Below, in pieces: positions 12,369-26,639 of a stretch of DNA of 64,000 bases. The notes beneath the pieces are model-generated. The model was not told the origin of the DNA and ran no database searches. It saw only the letters and a program-made list of their open reading frames with translations. The DNA is from Schmidtea nova. Its lineage: Eukaryota. The position numbers and the translations under genes were made by a program. The stretch lies in contig CM097882.1 in assembly GCA_044892505.1 (NCBI GenBank), forward strand, positions 407,278,001 through 407,342,000, given 5' to 3'. Each line of letters opens with the position of its first letter. Position 1 is the first letter of the stretch.

Positions 12369-14972
12369 CTGTCTTCCCTCGAATAAAGGGACCGGTCCTT
12401 CTATTCGATTTCTTTTTTTATATTGATATTTTAAAAGTTGGTAAAAAAATTGAATATAAGGACTTTCGAATATAAGGAATAAAATATAATGGGACTGAAA
12501 TTTAAAATTAATGGTAAATTGAATATAAATATAAAGTTTATTCACTCGTTTTTCAATATATTAATTCATTTCAAGATACAAACTATGTAACATATTAATT
12601 TTTAAAAAATTATAAAGCTGTATTCGCTAAAAACAATCAAAAATAATATTATATAACAAAATAAAGAAGAATAACATAACCATTTTTATAAAATAGAACT
12701 TTAAATTTAAAGTTTATACCCAAAGTATTCTTGGCAACTTACAAAAGTTAATTTTTTCAAACTATTTTCCGCTTCATAAAGAACTTTATTTATTTTGGCA
12801 TATTCTTCATTTAGTTCTATTAAGTTTATTTCCCATTTTTCATGTATTGAAACAGCTTTTAATTCTAAACGTGTACTCGTGCACTCACCTCTTAATATAG
12901 CATCGATATCCGTTTAATCATATACATCACAAAAATCGTGTCTGTTTTTATAATATTAACTATTTTTGGTCCATAGATCTTTATCCATTCTACAAAATCC
13001 ATTACTTCATCATTTGGTATCAAATTCATAATACATAAAGAAACTGGTTTTTGGTATACTATTTGCTGACCAAAACCAATCCGAGGGATCCTCATCAAAA
13101 TAAAAATTTTGTTTCAAAACAGCTCCATACAGTTCTAACCACTCGTATGTATCCATTAATGGTGATAGCAACATTTTTAATGGGGTATGTAATTTTTCTA
13201 CATTAAAGCTATCCCTTGGGCCTATTCCACACACTGAAAAAGAATTTTGGACTTTTTGTTCTGTTTGTGTCTTGATCCAATTTAGATTCAAATCTGAAAC
13301 TTTTAGATACGATGGTATTTTTGGATTACCTGATTTGGTTTGCAACTCAGCATTTAACAGTGCACTTGCTATATAAGTGTCATATTGGGTACTATAAAAC
13401 TCCTGAAAACTACGAGTTTGCACCACATCTAACGGCTATGAAATTCCCGTTAAATTCGGTGCAATCAGTACTATAAATATATTCATTTTTTCCCACTTTT
13501 TGTTTTTATATAGTTTAACGTGAGGACCATAACTATCGATTAAAAGTAAAATTGGTTGTCGATAAAACGAAGTTTCTATTCTTTTTACGATGTTGTTTTT
13601 AATGTAATTGTCCAAAATGTCGTCGTTCTACATCCCGGTTTTGTTGACGTCAACAAGACAACCCTCACTCACAGTCGGTTTATTTTTTAAATTCGAAAAA
13701 AGTATATGAGGTGGTAAAATTTGCCCTGCCATTGTTATACTAAATGTCACAGTACATCGCTTGTGAACTGAAGAAGTAAGACATTATGAGAACCTTTTCG
13801 TGTTATAGTTGATTTTGGTTCACTTTCAAAATAACGAGGTACTTGGTCCATATTGATAACATTATTTGGAGTAATATTTTTCCCTCTAATATTTGAAAAG
13901 TTTTTTCGCGGAAGCTGGTAATGATGTTTAACACATTCTCAGGTAGCTGTCGCGATGACGTCTGACGCTTGGAAACTAAATTAAACCTTTTTTTAAAATT
14001 TTCTAGCCAACCTTTAGTGACTTTAAAATCAACGTAGTCCTGCCTTTTATCTTTATCATATAAAATTGCAGATAAATCTTTAGCTTTAATTTGTATATAA
14101 CTATCTTTCACCCGTAGTCCATTTTTATTCCTTTCCGTCAGCCATTCAACTAATAACTGCTCCAATTCTGCAAATTTCTCTTTTCGTCCACCACCTTCTA
14201 ACCGCCTTAGGTTTTTTATTGAGACATCATGTTTGTTAAGCAGTATTTTAAAATCAGCTCTCTGACTATACCACCTTTTCAAATTTGTAACAGGAACTCC
14301 GGTTTCATTTGAAAGTTTTTGAAATCCATAGATGTTTTTTTTATATTTGCTTATAATATTTAGCTTTTGCTGAACTGTATATGATTTTCTTCCATTACTT
14401 TTATTTATTGACATTCTAAAATAGGTTTAAAATAATAAATAATAGTAGCATAACTACTTATAATGTAAATGTTCAAATTTACTATATTTTACTTATATTG
14501 AAGCTTTTGCAGTTCAGGAACGCACAAGCTTTTTGTTATTATATTTTATTAAAACTTGGATATTTCTTAATTCGATTTTTTAATAATAATACTTTAAAAT
14601 ACCAGTCACATATAATTTTGTTAAATATAAACAAAATCAAAAAGCATGTTGTTTGTTGGTTACGATTAAAATTTGATTTTGAATAAACGTTTTTTTAAAA
14701 TTTTAATTACAGTTTCATTTTGACAGATTGATATACCCGACAGGAAAAGATTGAAATTATCTATGACATTTACCCAACAAACAAAAAAACCAAGTCAGAA
14801 CGTCCTACAATTATATGCGCTCGTATTGCGAAAAATTGACTGGATTTTGTACGAATATAAAAGTTGTTGGACTTCCCTTGAATAAAGGGACCGGTCCTTC
14901 TTTTCAAATAAACGGTCCAGTGGTCCTTTTATTTGAAAGGAATGACCAGTCCTTTTATTCGATGGAAGACGG
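12369..14972 (-). mobile_element. pogo/Tigger-like DNA transposon, full length with TIRs
   Basis: TIR CTGTCTTCCCTCGAATAAAGGGAC at 12369 matches the reverse complement of the end at 14972 (CCGTCTTCCATCGAATAAAAGGAC). TA on both sides (12367-68, 14973-74). Subterminal repeats at 14873-14960. Confidence 0.9.
12890..14414 (-). pseudogene. pogo-family transposase (HTH, CENP-B HTH, DDE_1), frameshifted
   Basis: RKSYTVQQKLNII; GGGRK..F.ELE..L.EW; FKVTKGWLENFKKRF. Catalytic segments NMDQVP, LLIDSYGPH and PLDV fall in shifted frames. Confidence 0.88.
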
Positions 14973-17900
14973 TAGAAGATCTTCTAGCAACATCTAATAG
15001 CTGTTAAAAACTGCTGATATCGGACATACGTAGTTCGCATGCTTCCCGATGGCCTTTCAGTTAAAACAGTTATAATTCGCAATACTAGGTTAACTAAAAC
15101 AAGTGACAGATGCCATGGAACATTGATTTTGATTGAATGATTTACAAATCTGCACTACAATATAACTTACAGCTACATTCGCCAATAATTTCCGCTTTAA
15201 TATTCACTTGCAACTATTATTATGGGACGGAGGTAGTATTATAATAATGACAGTAATAATAGTGATAATATCAGTTACTAAATATTTAATATCTTATTTA
15301 TTTTGAGGTATTGCTCATTATTGTAATTGAGCTTTTCGCTAACATATGCCTCGGACCAATGAGATTGCATGTTCCACTTGCAATTTCATTGACAATTCTT
15401 TTTCTTCTTCCGCCATAAAATAATGGGTATTTTTCGAGTAATATTCCGAAATTAAAATTCACAGGCATACAACATGCATCAGACAGTTTTTATGGAACCT
15501 GGAGTCAGTAATATTGTGAAACTCTAAAATCGAGTGAATTATTTATACATTACAAACATAGACAAGTAGTCCGGCGTCAGCTCCACTAATCATATGTTTT
15601 AGAGTTTGTCGTAGTGATTATTTCCTGTCATTTGAATCTTTGTTATGTCTGAAATATTATATCAGTTAATTAAATATGAATTAGTATAATTAAATTACGT
15701 ATAAAAATTTAAATCAAATACACAGAAGAAATTTTGCACGAATAAATATATAAATAACACGCAAATCAAGTAATAAAGTTAGATTTGATGACAGACGAAA
15801 CAAGAAAATAAAATAATAAATAGGAAATAAAATTTATAATCTAATTTAGAAATAAAAATAAAAAATTTAGAAATAGTTTCAAAATACAAATAAAATAAAA
15901 AATCGAAAAGTATAAATAAAGCTTTTATGTAAATTAAGAAATAAAAATTATTTATCAAAAATAACTAAATTAGAAAGAAAAATATAAAAATTTAAAATAA
16001 ATTAGCAAACCAAAAGATCAATGTCTTCCTAAGGATTAGTATACATCCTTACATTAATTCAGTATCTGTCAAAATTTCACTCCATTTTGAATAACAGAAA
16101 TTCGTTTATAGTTGTTATTAACGATCGAAAATAAATAATTTTGGCGTTAATCGATTCTTTCTTGTTCAACGATAACCGCACAGTGACTGCTCTTTTCTCA
16201 ACACCCGTTATTAGACAGCGTTTGAAATGTGTCGTGAGTAATAGGAAAATACCTGTAAATTTTGAGTTTCAGCAAAAATTGCGAATTTCCAGGCATTCTT
16301 ATAGGAAATCGTATCAGTCCTACTTTTGTCATTTACTAATTCCTTTTCTATCTATTCGTAAAATTAAAACTCTTGGGAAAAATTCACTGCGTTTATGAAA
16401 TAATAATAATTTATTTTGATAAATCAATTTTAACAATCACAAAAATATAAAAGATTAAAAAAATAAACTTAATTATTATATTTAGATTTTTAGTACAAAA
16501 ATTCAATTTCTACAAATCTAAGAATCTGTGTTCATTTTGTAATGTCGTCAATCTCCAATCATTTGCATACTCTTTCTTTTCTTGTTTCTTATCTTTTTCA
16601 CTTTTCCAGACTTGCATTTTTTCTTGGTCATACTTAATTCTGTCCATTCTTTTCGATTGTCGTTTGCCAGAATAAGGTAGAATTTTTGATACTAGCGGAA
16701 CTATTGCTTTTTCCAACTGTTTATCAATGTTGAGGTCTCAAATATTTGTATTTGAAATCCCAACTGGGGGGTGGTGATTCCTATATAAATAAATAAGACA
16801 ATAAGGCTTTCGTTTAAAAATTCTATTCAAATGACAAAAATTTACAAATTATAAATTACAAAATTTTCAATATTCACAACTTCAAAATTTTACAACTACA
16901 ATGTCTTTCAGATTAAGAAATTTACAAAATCCTTTATGTTTGTGTAGATTACAGTTATTTGATAAAAGGTGTTTACGCACGTCTAACAATCTTTAAAAAT
17001 ATTTAAATTATCCTTATGTAACCAACCGGTTTATTTTAGATGCTCTTCAGGATTTGTACCTGAGAGAGCTAACACGCTAATTTCAGTGGTAAGATTTTAT
17101 GGCAATCTTATTAAATTGTCATTACCTTACATATCAATTTTTTATTGACGAATTACATAAAAATTAGTTTATTTATTTAATCATTTATTTATAAATTCGT
17201 TCTTAAAAATTAGACATTTATTTCTACATAAAAATTGACAAAAATGATTTATGTTTATATATTAAAAATTGCTAGAATAAAAAGTCTTTAACTAAAAAGT
17301 GGTAATAAATGAAATTAGATTAAATTTTGGATAATTCCCCATAAACACAGTTTTTAAATAAAAATTGATTATACATAAAAATAAAATCAAGCATATTAAA
17401 TAGCTATGTTCATAAATAGTTCAAGCATATCAAGCATATTAAATAATCATGTTCATAAATAGTTCAAAATGTTCGTTGATGAAATGTTTGGATTGACAGA
17501 CAATAGGGTTGGGTTTGATGGTGATGTTGATGATGACAATAGCAGTAAAAAGTTTTTCTCTAAAGGGTGATTGCACAGATATGAAAGATTTATTGTTTAA
17601 AAGAATAATTTTTGACTGACATTCTGATTGAGATGATTGAGATGGACAATTGAGACGGACAATTGATGATTTGAACGATTGAGACAGACGATTGACGATT
17701 TGATTGGGGATTACTTTTCCAGATAAATATTAATTCGGTATTTATTATTGCTTGTATGATAATACTTATTGATTTTGAATGCCTCTATGGGTCTTCCCTC
17801 GTCATCCAACATTATTATTATTTGGATAAACCCTCAGATTTTCCTCCCGTTCATAAATACATTGAAGTTTTATTTTGGAACTTTGTTGGCTACCCAGCCG

Positions 17901-19884
17901 CAAATTCCCGATGCGTGAGAAAACTGGGTTCGCTGCCACAGATTCTTGACGAGTTGAAGACCCCAAATCGCATAGTCGAAATGGAGGTCGGCGACCGTTG
18001 TAAGTAATCTGGTAAATATTCAATCATGCAGTATACCAATGGAATTTAAAATTATAAATCATTAGTTGACAATTATATGGCAATGCTCAAGTGATACTAG
18101 TTTCCTCCAAAAGAAATTAAGTCGTGGATAAAATGTAACATAAAATACACGTAAAACGATCAATTCTTTTGTCCAATTATTAATGTGCTAAACAAAAAGA
18201 CGATGGATATTGTTCTTTATTTTATTCATCCAACGATTTCAAAAATTTGCGGACATTTCAAATTTCATTGCTTCAATATGAACGTTCACTGTCTCAATAA
18301 TACATACATCAATCATTGGTAGTAAAGACCGGAAACAACAAGATCACTATGCAGTTCCACGTGTCAATAAAATCTACTGTGATATCTCATAAGGATTAAT
18401 TAAAGACGGGAATATTTTGATTTTTTTCAATAGAAAAATCAGAAACTAAAGACTCAATGGAAGCTATTACAGCTGAAGTTGATATTTCTACGATCGGGTA
18501 ATTCTCTGTCAGTTTTTATTCATCTTATTTGGTCTCTGACAAATAGAATCACAACAATAAATATACAGTGTATTCCAATCTAGTAATTTATATTTTTGGT
18601 CTAAATTCAACTGTTTCTAAGTACAATATCCACGCCTTTGAGCTATATTCATTATTATTTATTATTTTTAATAACAAATTCCAATGCTTTACGTGTTATA
18701 TTCATTATATCTTAATATTCATTATATCCTTCCATTAATTTAAAATTAAATATAATTAGTATTCTGAATTAAAAATTTACTAAATTGTATGAAATACCAA
18801 TAAAATAATCTGAATAAAATACGATTTGAATTGTAAAACCTTTAACAAATTATTAAATCTTTAGTCCAAAAGTCAATACACTTAAAATATAAATTTGTCA
18901 ATGTTTGTAAAATTGTTGAAACATGGAATAGCAAATTTTATTTTTAATCATTTCCATGAAAAATTTACATTTACATTTACATTTTCAAAATTAAAATTTT
19001 TATATCATTTACATCTTTTACTTTTTCACCTTTGATCTCTTTTTCCTATTTCAGAAAATTTCAGTTTTTTATATATACTGCATTAAAATGTTTTTTATAT
19101 ATAGCACACAATTACAAATACAAACACACAAACACACACACACATATATATATATATATAAAGTGAAAAAGAATGTCGAAAATTTGTGTGCTATATTTAA
19201 AAAGTCCGAATCATGCATTTTTTGTTTTCTAATAAATTAAAAATTTTAAAAATTATTCATTTTTTCCCGTATATGAATTGTTTTAAAAACTTTGGATTTT
19301 ACGCAAGTCACGTTTAATTTAAATCATGTACCAATGTTTCTTTTATTTGAAAGGAAAAACAATTGAATCATTAATTTCATTTTCTCCATTAATAATCGAA
19401 GATGATAGTTAATATATTTGTTGTTTGATGATAATAGATCAATAAATTAAATTTAACCACAAATCTTAAATTGAAACCAATGACAAGGAATTTGTTAAAA
19501 TACCAATCATTGATTGTGCATTATCCATGTATCACCTGACCTAATTATTCTTGATTTAAAGCAAATGATTCTCGATGCTTATTCAAAATTTTTAAGTATC
19601 TTACCGTTAAAAATTTTTGTTTATAGGATAAAAATTATTTAACTATACTTTAAGACTAATCAATTTAAAGAGAAAATGTAAAAATACATTTTCAACATTT
19701 TTAAAGCAGATTCGCTGTTTTAAAATTTGTATTGAATTCTCCTTTCAAAAGTATTGCCTATTAATGAAATCTTCATTATTTATATTTTAATGTATGCACC
19801 ATAATAAAATAAGAAATATTAATAAATTAAGGAATATCATAGGTATGCTGGACCGACGAAATAACTCCGATCGTTTGTATATGA

Positions 19885-20561
19885 CAGAGGTCGGCAACCT
19901 TTTAAGACGGAAGAGCCAAAAGTTACAATTTACAAAATTTCCCAGTTTTTAAAGAGCCACTAATCTGTTTTAAAAAAGTCAACTTCGTTAAACGTTAAAG
20001 CTTACATATCCTTGAGAAGATAATTCGCTTCGAAATCGTCTTCTTGAAACAACGAGAAATTGTTGTTTCTCGCAAGCGATTAAATTAATACACATGTAAC
20101 CGCGCTCTGAGGAAGACTGAATACTTCAGTACGCTGGGTAGTAGTAGTGACTAGTGTCAGCGGCAATGTCAAGCATAGAGCCCTCACGAAAGTGTTATTT
20201 ATTATATGCGCTGCAAAAATCAAGCAATCAACCAAAACATATAAGTTACTCGCTCGAACAGACATTGTGAGTCGCTGAATTAATACAATATTAAATCAGG
20301 TCCCATACAGTCGGCTGGTTCATAGCACCTCTGTAGGGCTGGACCTAGTTCCCAAGTGGCTGTCAGCTGCCCGTCTACTCCCTACTCTAACTATTCTTAC
20401 TGTTGTCTGTTGAGTGTTTCTATCCTGTTTATAGTATATTTTTTGCAGTATAATATTTTTTTATGAGTTTTGAAAATAAAATAATATAATTATTAATATT
20501 TACGCCTGGAACAGGAGAGCCGCATTTTCATATCGAAAGAGCCGCATGTTGCTCACCCATG
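19885..20561. mobile_element. Non-autonomous hAT-like MITE, older
   Basis: Imperfect TIRs CAGAGGTCGGCAAC / GTTGCTCACCCATG. AAGAGCC subterminal motifs. Degenerate 8-bp TSD gtatatga/gtatattg. Confidence 0.7.
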
Positions 20562-21424
20562 GTATATTGTTATTGAAGAGATGGCGACAATTTAATAACA
20601 TTTGTACATGAAGCCATAAAATTGAATCACACTTAATTTGTTTCATATAATTTAATTTTTTTGCTTTAAATTAATCAAAGATTCATAGCTATTCCATAAT
20701 TTCATCATAACATTGCAACACTGATGTATTTTTATTTTAACAACATATTTGTAAACAAAATTGATTATTTCAAAATAAAAATTTTTTTAATAATCATGAT
20801 TGATGGAGGTTTATCCTTATAGCGTTGTATATATTTATCTGAGTGGTCAATTTTTCTAATTGCTGCCATTAGTTTGTGTATCGAAACATCTCTCGTAGTT
20901 TTTTCTTCTATTTTGGTATCCATTTCTTAATTAATATTGAAATCATAATGTAATTAAGAAGAATAGAATTTCTCGCGTGATTACTTAATTCCAAGTAATA
21001 AATTTTAAATTCTAAACATTAAAACAGCAAAAAACGAACTATGTGAATTTGTAATTTTATCATTTCTCAATTATATTACTTGAATTTTATGTATTATAAA
21101 ATTGAAGTGAGAAAGATAATTAAATGACATAAAAACAGAACAATCATTAAAATATCAAAAAAAAACAAATTTGATAAAACACAAATATAAATTAAATTAA
21201 AAAATTGAAATAATTTTGATGACATTGCACAAGAATTTAATTTTAGTAGATGAAATCCATTTTTGTTAATTGATTTACAATATTTTTTGTTAAATTAATC
21301 ACATGGAACTTTTATTTATGAGAATCATAATGTAATTAACAATAACATTTTTATTTTTATTTACAAAAAACTTACTTTTATACATTAGTGTTAGTATTAT
21401 CATTATTATATTAATATTAATCAA

Positions 21425-21700
21425 ATTAATCAAAATTCTAAATCGAAACTAAATTCCCGAACCATTAAATTCCCAATTCCAAAATAATCGAAACTAATTC
21501 CACAAGGAAATCCAAACTATCGAAAACTAAAATTCCAAATATCGAAACTAAATTGCCTCCAAAATTCCAGAACAATTAAATCGAAACTAAAATTCAAATC
21601 TAAAAATACTCAATTGGAGTATTAAAACAATTAGAATTAAATCACAGAATATCTCAAATCTAAAATTACAATTCAGATTAAATCCAAAAAAATCTAATTC
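21425..21700. repeat. Degenerate short tandem repeat (ATCGAAACTAAATTCC-like)
   Basis: Repeated tcgaaactaa/aaattcc units next to an N run. Confidence 0.6.
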
Positions 21701-22082
21701 TCAAACTAACATGCGCAGACAAACGCTGATCAATTGGTGGTAGCGCACACAGACGCTATAAACTGAAAAAGGCAGAAAGCCAAAGTTTGCTACACGCAAA
21801 CTTTGGCTGAAANNNNNNNNNNNNNNNNNNNNNNNNNNNNNNNNNNNNNNNNNNNNNNNNNNNNNNNNNNNNNNNNNNNNNNNNNNNNNNNNNNNNNNNN
21901 NNNNNNNNNNNNNNNNNNNNNNNNNNNNNNNNNNNNNNNNNNNNNNNNNNNNNNNNNNNNNNNNNNNNNNNNNNNNTATTAGTGGTATATTAATAATATT
22001 GGTATAAAATAGTCTACAATTGTCTACAATGGTAATTGTAATAATGATAACGATAATAATATCCATGATATCTAATAATAAT

Positions 22083-23530
22083 AATAGTAGATGTGTGTAC
22101 TGAATAACAAGAGGAAATACGTAATCAATGAGTAGAATGAGTAATCAATGATAGTAGAACAAGCTACCATATTTTTTTACATATTTGACGCGTATTTTTG
22201 TTCTTTTTTGTGTTATTAACGACATTATAATATTTTTATTACGCACTATTAAAAATTTTTAAGGTCAAAAGTCACGGCAAAATCTTATGAAAATTTAAAA
22301 AAAACTTTTAAAAAGTTCAAAAGTCAAAACGAATATTATCAACATTTACTTAAAAACCACAAATAATAATCAATTCTAATACTGCTGATTTTTCAAATTG
22401 GAGATACTTTCTTTTGGATTAATATATCAATAAACCAATTTTCATTATCCATAGATTCAACAGATTGAAATCCTTCATGAAAATAAGTGTTGTTGATAAA
22501 TAATGTTTCATTGCACGATAAATTCTTGTTGATTTTGATCAACATTTTTTTTATTTCAACAACATCTTCTTTATAAAGCTGACCAATTAAGTTAGAATAT
22601 TGTGAATTTTACAACTTTACTGCATATGAGAAGATAAATGGTCTCTTTGAAATGTATCCTGAATCAAGACTCTGCTGGTTTAACAAAATGATGCACAACA
22701 AGTAAGAACAATTCCTTCATTACCCCGCCTTCACATATAGAATTCCATGGGATTGATAATCATGAACTTTTGAATTGGTCTGAAATAATTTTAGATTTTA
22801 ACTGTTTTGGTTTTTGTTCATGATTTGAACTGGTTTCGTTTTTACTGAATCTCCACTTTTTATCGGACTATTTTCCTTGAATACATAAGAAAATGTTCCA
22901 AAATCAGATTTCTTCGATTTCAAAAGAATTAAAATTAAATTAAAAATTATGATTATGACTAATTATGTCTTTACATTTTTATTCATCATTTATTTGTATT
23001 CAACCTATCATATTGTATATGCATTGCACATGCATTGTACATGTATTGCACATGCATTGCACATGTATTGCACATGGTATGTATGAAATTTCATGACCTG
23101 TGTGTTTACATGACAAATTATTTGCATCTTTATTGTACCTTTAATACAAGTCAACCTTTTTAATAGAAATTAATTTAAAAATTATGATTAAACAAGCATA
23201 AAAATCAATTCTTAAACAAATTCTTTTATAAAATATTCTATCAAGTTATTTATTAAAAACAATTCTTTAAAAAAGATACAAGTCCTAAACAATAAACACA
23301 TACTAAACTAAAATAAAAATTATTAAACTTTTAAATAAAGACATACTAAACTCTATAAAATAAAAACTAATTTTCAACTTTTAAACAAAGACATACTGTA
23401 AAAATAATACAAAATATAAAACAAATTTTTTATCTTTTTAAAAAGATTTTGGATCGGCGCATCCAGCTCCTATTGCTTTCTTTATTTTCAGCTTGTTGTA
23501 CCATCGTACAAATAACATCTGTTGAGAAAT
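22083..23530. mobile_element. Decayed Polinton left-end fragment
   Basis: Terminus-like aatagtagatgtgtg (compare agtaggtagatgtgtg). Minus-strand homologue of ORF 51555-51971 at about 22370-22640 (KINKNLSCNETLFINN..FHEGFQSVESMD.ENWFI). catgcattgca repeats as in Polinton B. Confidence 0.7.
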
Positions 23531-23659
23531 CTTGATCATTTTCTTCTTTTGAAATGAGGATGATCGAATTCAAAGTCATCATCATCATTTAGTCCCATCA
23601 GCATCTCAAGATTATTTTCACCTAGATCATCTACAATCGTACCATCACTCCTATAATGC

Positions 23660-24540
23660 CCATATACATAATACCCATCAACAGTCGCAAGTCGTACCAC
23701 AATTTCTGCCAATGATTGCTTTCTAATAAAGAATGATATTCGGGGATCTTGGTTCTTAGATATTGTTGAAAGTTTTTCTACGTTGCTTGGACCAGCCATC
23801 TTGATCGTCAACTGAATCTCGTTTCAACAGATTAATTTTATGAACATATTCCAAATGTCTTATTAAACCACTAGTTGACGATCCTTTGCAACTTAACCAT
23901 TTATTTGGACATTTCAAACATTTAGCTCTTTCGCCTCATTTTTCATTTGTAAAATATTTCCACACAGAATCCGCCATCAGGGATATTTTATGTTTATTTT
24001 GATCTACAAATAAAATAACAGAAAAACTGTTATTTAAAGTTTTAAAGAAAATTTTTTAAAAATTAAAATATTGAATAATAATGAATATTTAAACATACAT
24101 TCAATTCCGATGAACATAAAAATTATTAACCGGAAATAGTTTTTGTTTCTTTGTAACAGTTACAAACAAGACAGTGTTGAAAAAGAAAAGAAAAAAGAAA
24201 AAAGGATTTGACATAAAATAATCACCCAATAAACATAAATCATATTATTAAAATAAAACATACCCGACAAACAATTCGTTGCTTGTTCATTTTGTTTTTT
24301 TCGTAATGATGTTAACATATAATTAGTAAAATTTATTCTTAAATAGATTTTTTAATAAAATTTGTATATACATATATTTATAAATATTGTATTGAGATAA
24401 AAATACTAAAATCTTATATATAGTAGTCTAATGTGTTGATACTTTAAAAAAATATTTCCCGGGAAATTTTCGTTTATTTCCCGGGAAACCGGGAAATAAA
24501 CAAATTAAGGATCTTCTGGGAATTCCAGGGTGACACCATA
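23660..24540 (-). mobile_element. hAT transposon 5' fragment with BED zinc finger
   Basis: From ATG 23977: MADSVWKYFTNEK*GERAKCLKCPNKWLSCKGSSTSGLIRHLEYVH, then SLAEIVVRLATVDG. TTCCCGGGAA subterminal repeats at 24455-24500. Confidence 0.75.
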
Positions 24541-24544
24541 TAAA

Positions 24545-25132
24545 TACAATTATATTTATAAATAGACAAAACGCTATACAAAAAACAAAAGTTATCTTGG
24601 TTTTTTGGATTAATTGTGAAGTTTTTATTAAATAAAGGTGTGGGAGTAACTATATATGATGCCCACTCAATCGACTTATATTAGAAAATTTAGTGATTAT
24701 AAAGCTAAAAATCTCAATTTTAATTATTACCCAATTACTAACCTTATCATTTGTTTTTATTATTTTTCCTATTAATAATGGTTCAATACTCTCTAAAAGG
24801 TATCTTTCATGGGCCTATCTAAATTTGAAATAACGAACGATTGATATTCGTCATCTTTTTGAAATTCAACTTTTGAACAAAATTGAATTTTTGTTTACCC
24901 ATTTCATTGGTAACATTAATTAATTTATTTATTAGGTTTCGGGTACGGAAACTGTTTGTAATTTAAATATGAAATATCCAGTGTTATTATAGCGTTTGTT
25001 TTATTTAAATCAAAAATGATTTCAGGTTCCAGTGAACCAAAACTTTATTGATTTGTTACATTTTTAATTAAATTATTATTTGATTGGATATTATTATTAT
25101 TAATTATTGGTGTGATATTATTAGTTGATGGG

Positions 25133-25219
<87 letters not shown>

Positions 25220-25240
25220 GCAAGCTCAATTAGCAACAGA
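24545..25240 (-). pseudogene. Polinton pPolB N-terminal fragment with poly-Asn tract
   Basis: KIQFCSKVEFQKDDEYQSFVISN and SNWVIIKIEIFSFIITKFSNISRLSG...NQDNFCFLYSVLSI match the pPolB N-terminus at 39270-39760. Both copies are preceded by an Asn-rich stretch. Confidence 0.8.
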
Positions 25241-25536
25241 GCTAGATATTATTAGTTGATGGGGTTACTTTATTGATTTGTTACATTTTTAATTAAATTA
25301 TTATTTGATTGGATATTATTATTATTAATTATTGGTGTGANNNNNNNNNNNNNNNNNNNNNNNNNNNNNNNNNNNNNNNNNNNNNNNNNNNNNNNNNNNN
25401 NNNNNNNNNNNNNNNNNNNNNNNNNNNNNNNNNNNNNNNNNNNNNNNNNNNNNNNNNNNNNNNNNNNNNNNNNNNNNNNNNNNNNNNNNNNNNNNNNNNN
25501 NNNNNNNNNNAGAGCTAGATATTATTAGTTGATGGG

Positions 25537-25569
<33 letters not shown>

Positions 25570-25799
25570 GCAAGCTCAATTAGCAACAGAGCTTCGAGTA
25601 TTTATTGAATTCATAAAATAATAATTTGTAATTAACACGTTTATTAAATCATAATAATATTTAAATAAATTGTATCGTTAATTTGTTTGAGGAGTTTTTA
25701 AAAATATTAATTAATGTATAAGAATTTCAACATACTATCAAACATGCACAGCGTCATACCATTTTACTTTAATATAAATTACAAAAACACCTCACATCC

Positions 25800-26600
25800 C
25801 TTCTTTTTTTAAATCTTTAACCACTCAATATTTTTTAATGAAACTTCTATTTTCCATTTGTATCTTATAACTTCGCTCACGAATCTTTAGTAATTATCAG
25901 ACTTATTCGAACATTTACTTTGATCAATACGCAATCTCCAATTTGAAATTCGTGAACTGTGTTCTGATTGATTTTTTCTTCCAATATTTCTGAGAACCAT
26001 TCACTATATTTTTCCCCAAACACCATTTCAGCTGGAGCCTTCTTAATAACATTTTGAAAAGTCTAATTCATCATAAACTGTATCTTGGGAAGAACATCTA
26101 CCCATGATTTATGTCTTTTATCTTTAATTGTTATCTGTATCGTATCTCTAATTGTACGAAATAGTCTTTCAATCTGTACATTTACAGAATGACGATATGG
26201 TTTTGAATAAATAATTTTAATATTGTGGTATTCTGCAAAATCTTTCATTAGCTTTGATTCAAGCGACTTACCTCTGTCACAGTTTATTAACTTTGATGCT
26301 CCAGACTCCATCATCCACTCTTCTTTCAGTAATTTTTCCACTGTTTTTTCATCATGCGATTCACTGCATGAAGGGAAATAAATTTACTATGATGATCTAT
26401 AGTCCCAAGAATATGTCTTTGACTCCTCATTACAAGTTTTAAGGGACCAAACAAATTTACATAGATTGTTTCAAATAATTTCGAATCGATTGCATATTAT
26501 TTCTTCTTTCGTTTTAGTTCTATCAACCTTTATTTTCTGACAGTTTTTATAGGCTTGTACAATATCACAAAAATAGATTTGAAAATTGTTTGAAACATAC
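25800..26600 (-). pseudogene. Ty3/Gypsy integrase fragment
   Basis: CDRGKSLES...F...HNIKIIYSKPY..SVNVQIERLFRTIRD...W...LP.IQF. Confidence 0.8.
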
Positions 26601-26639
26601 AACTTTTTGTTTAAAGATGAAGGGCTGTTTCGTAGACCA

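Noticed and set aside
17756-18023. RLCDLGS resembling a kinase DFG/DLG motif
   Set aside because: No other kinase subdomains nearby in any frame I read.
25045-25236. Poly-Asn ORF as a stand-alone gene
   Set aside because: It is an (AAT)n tract belonging to the Asn-rich region upstream of the pPolB fragment.
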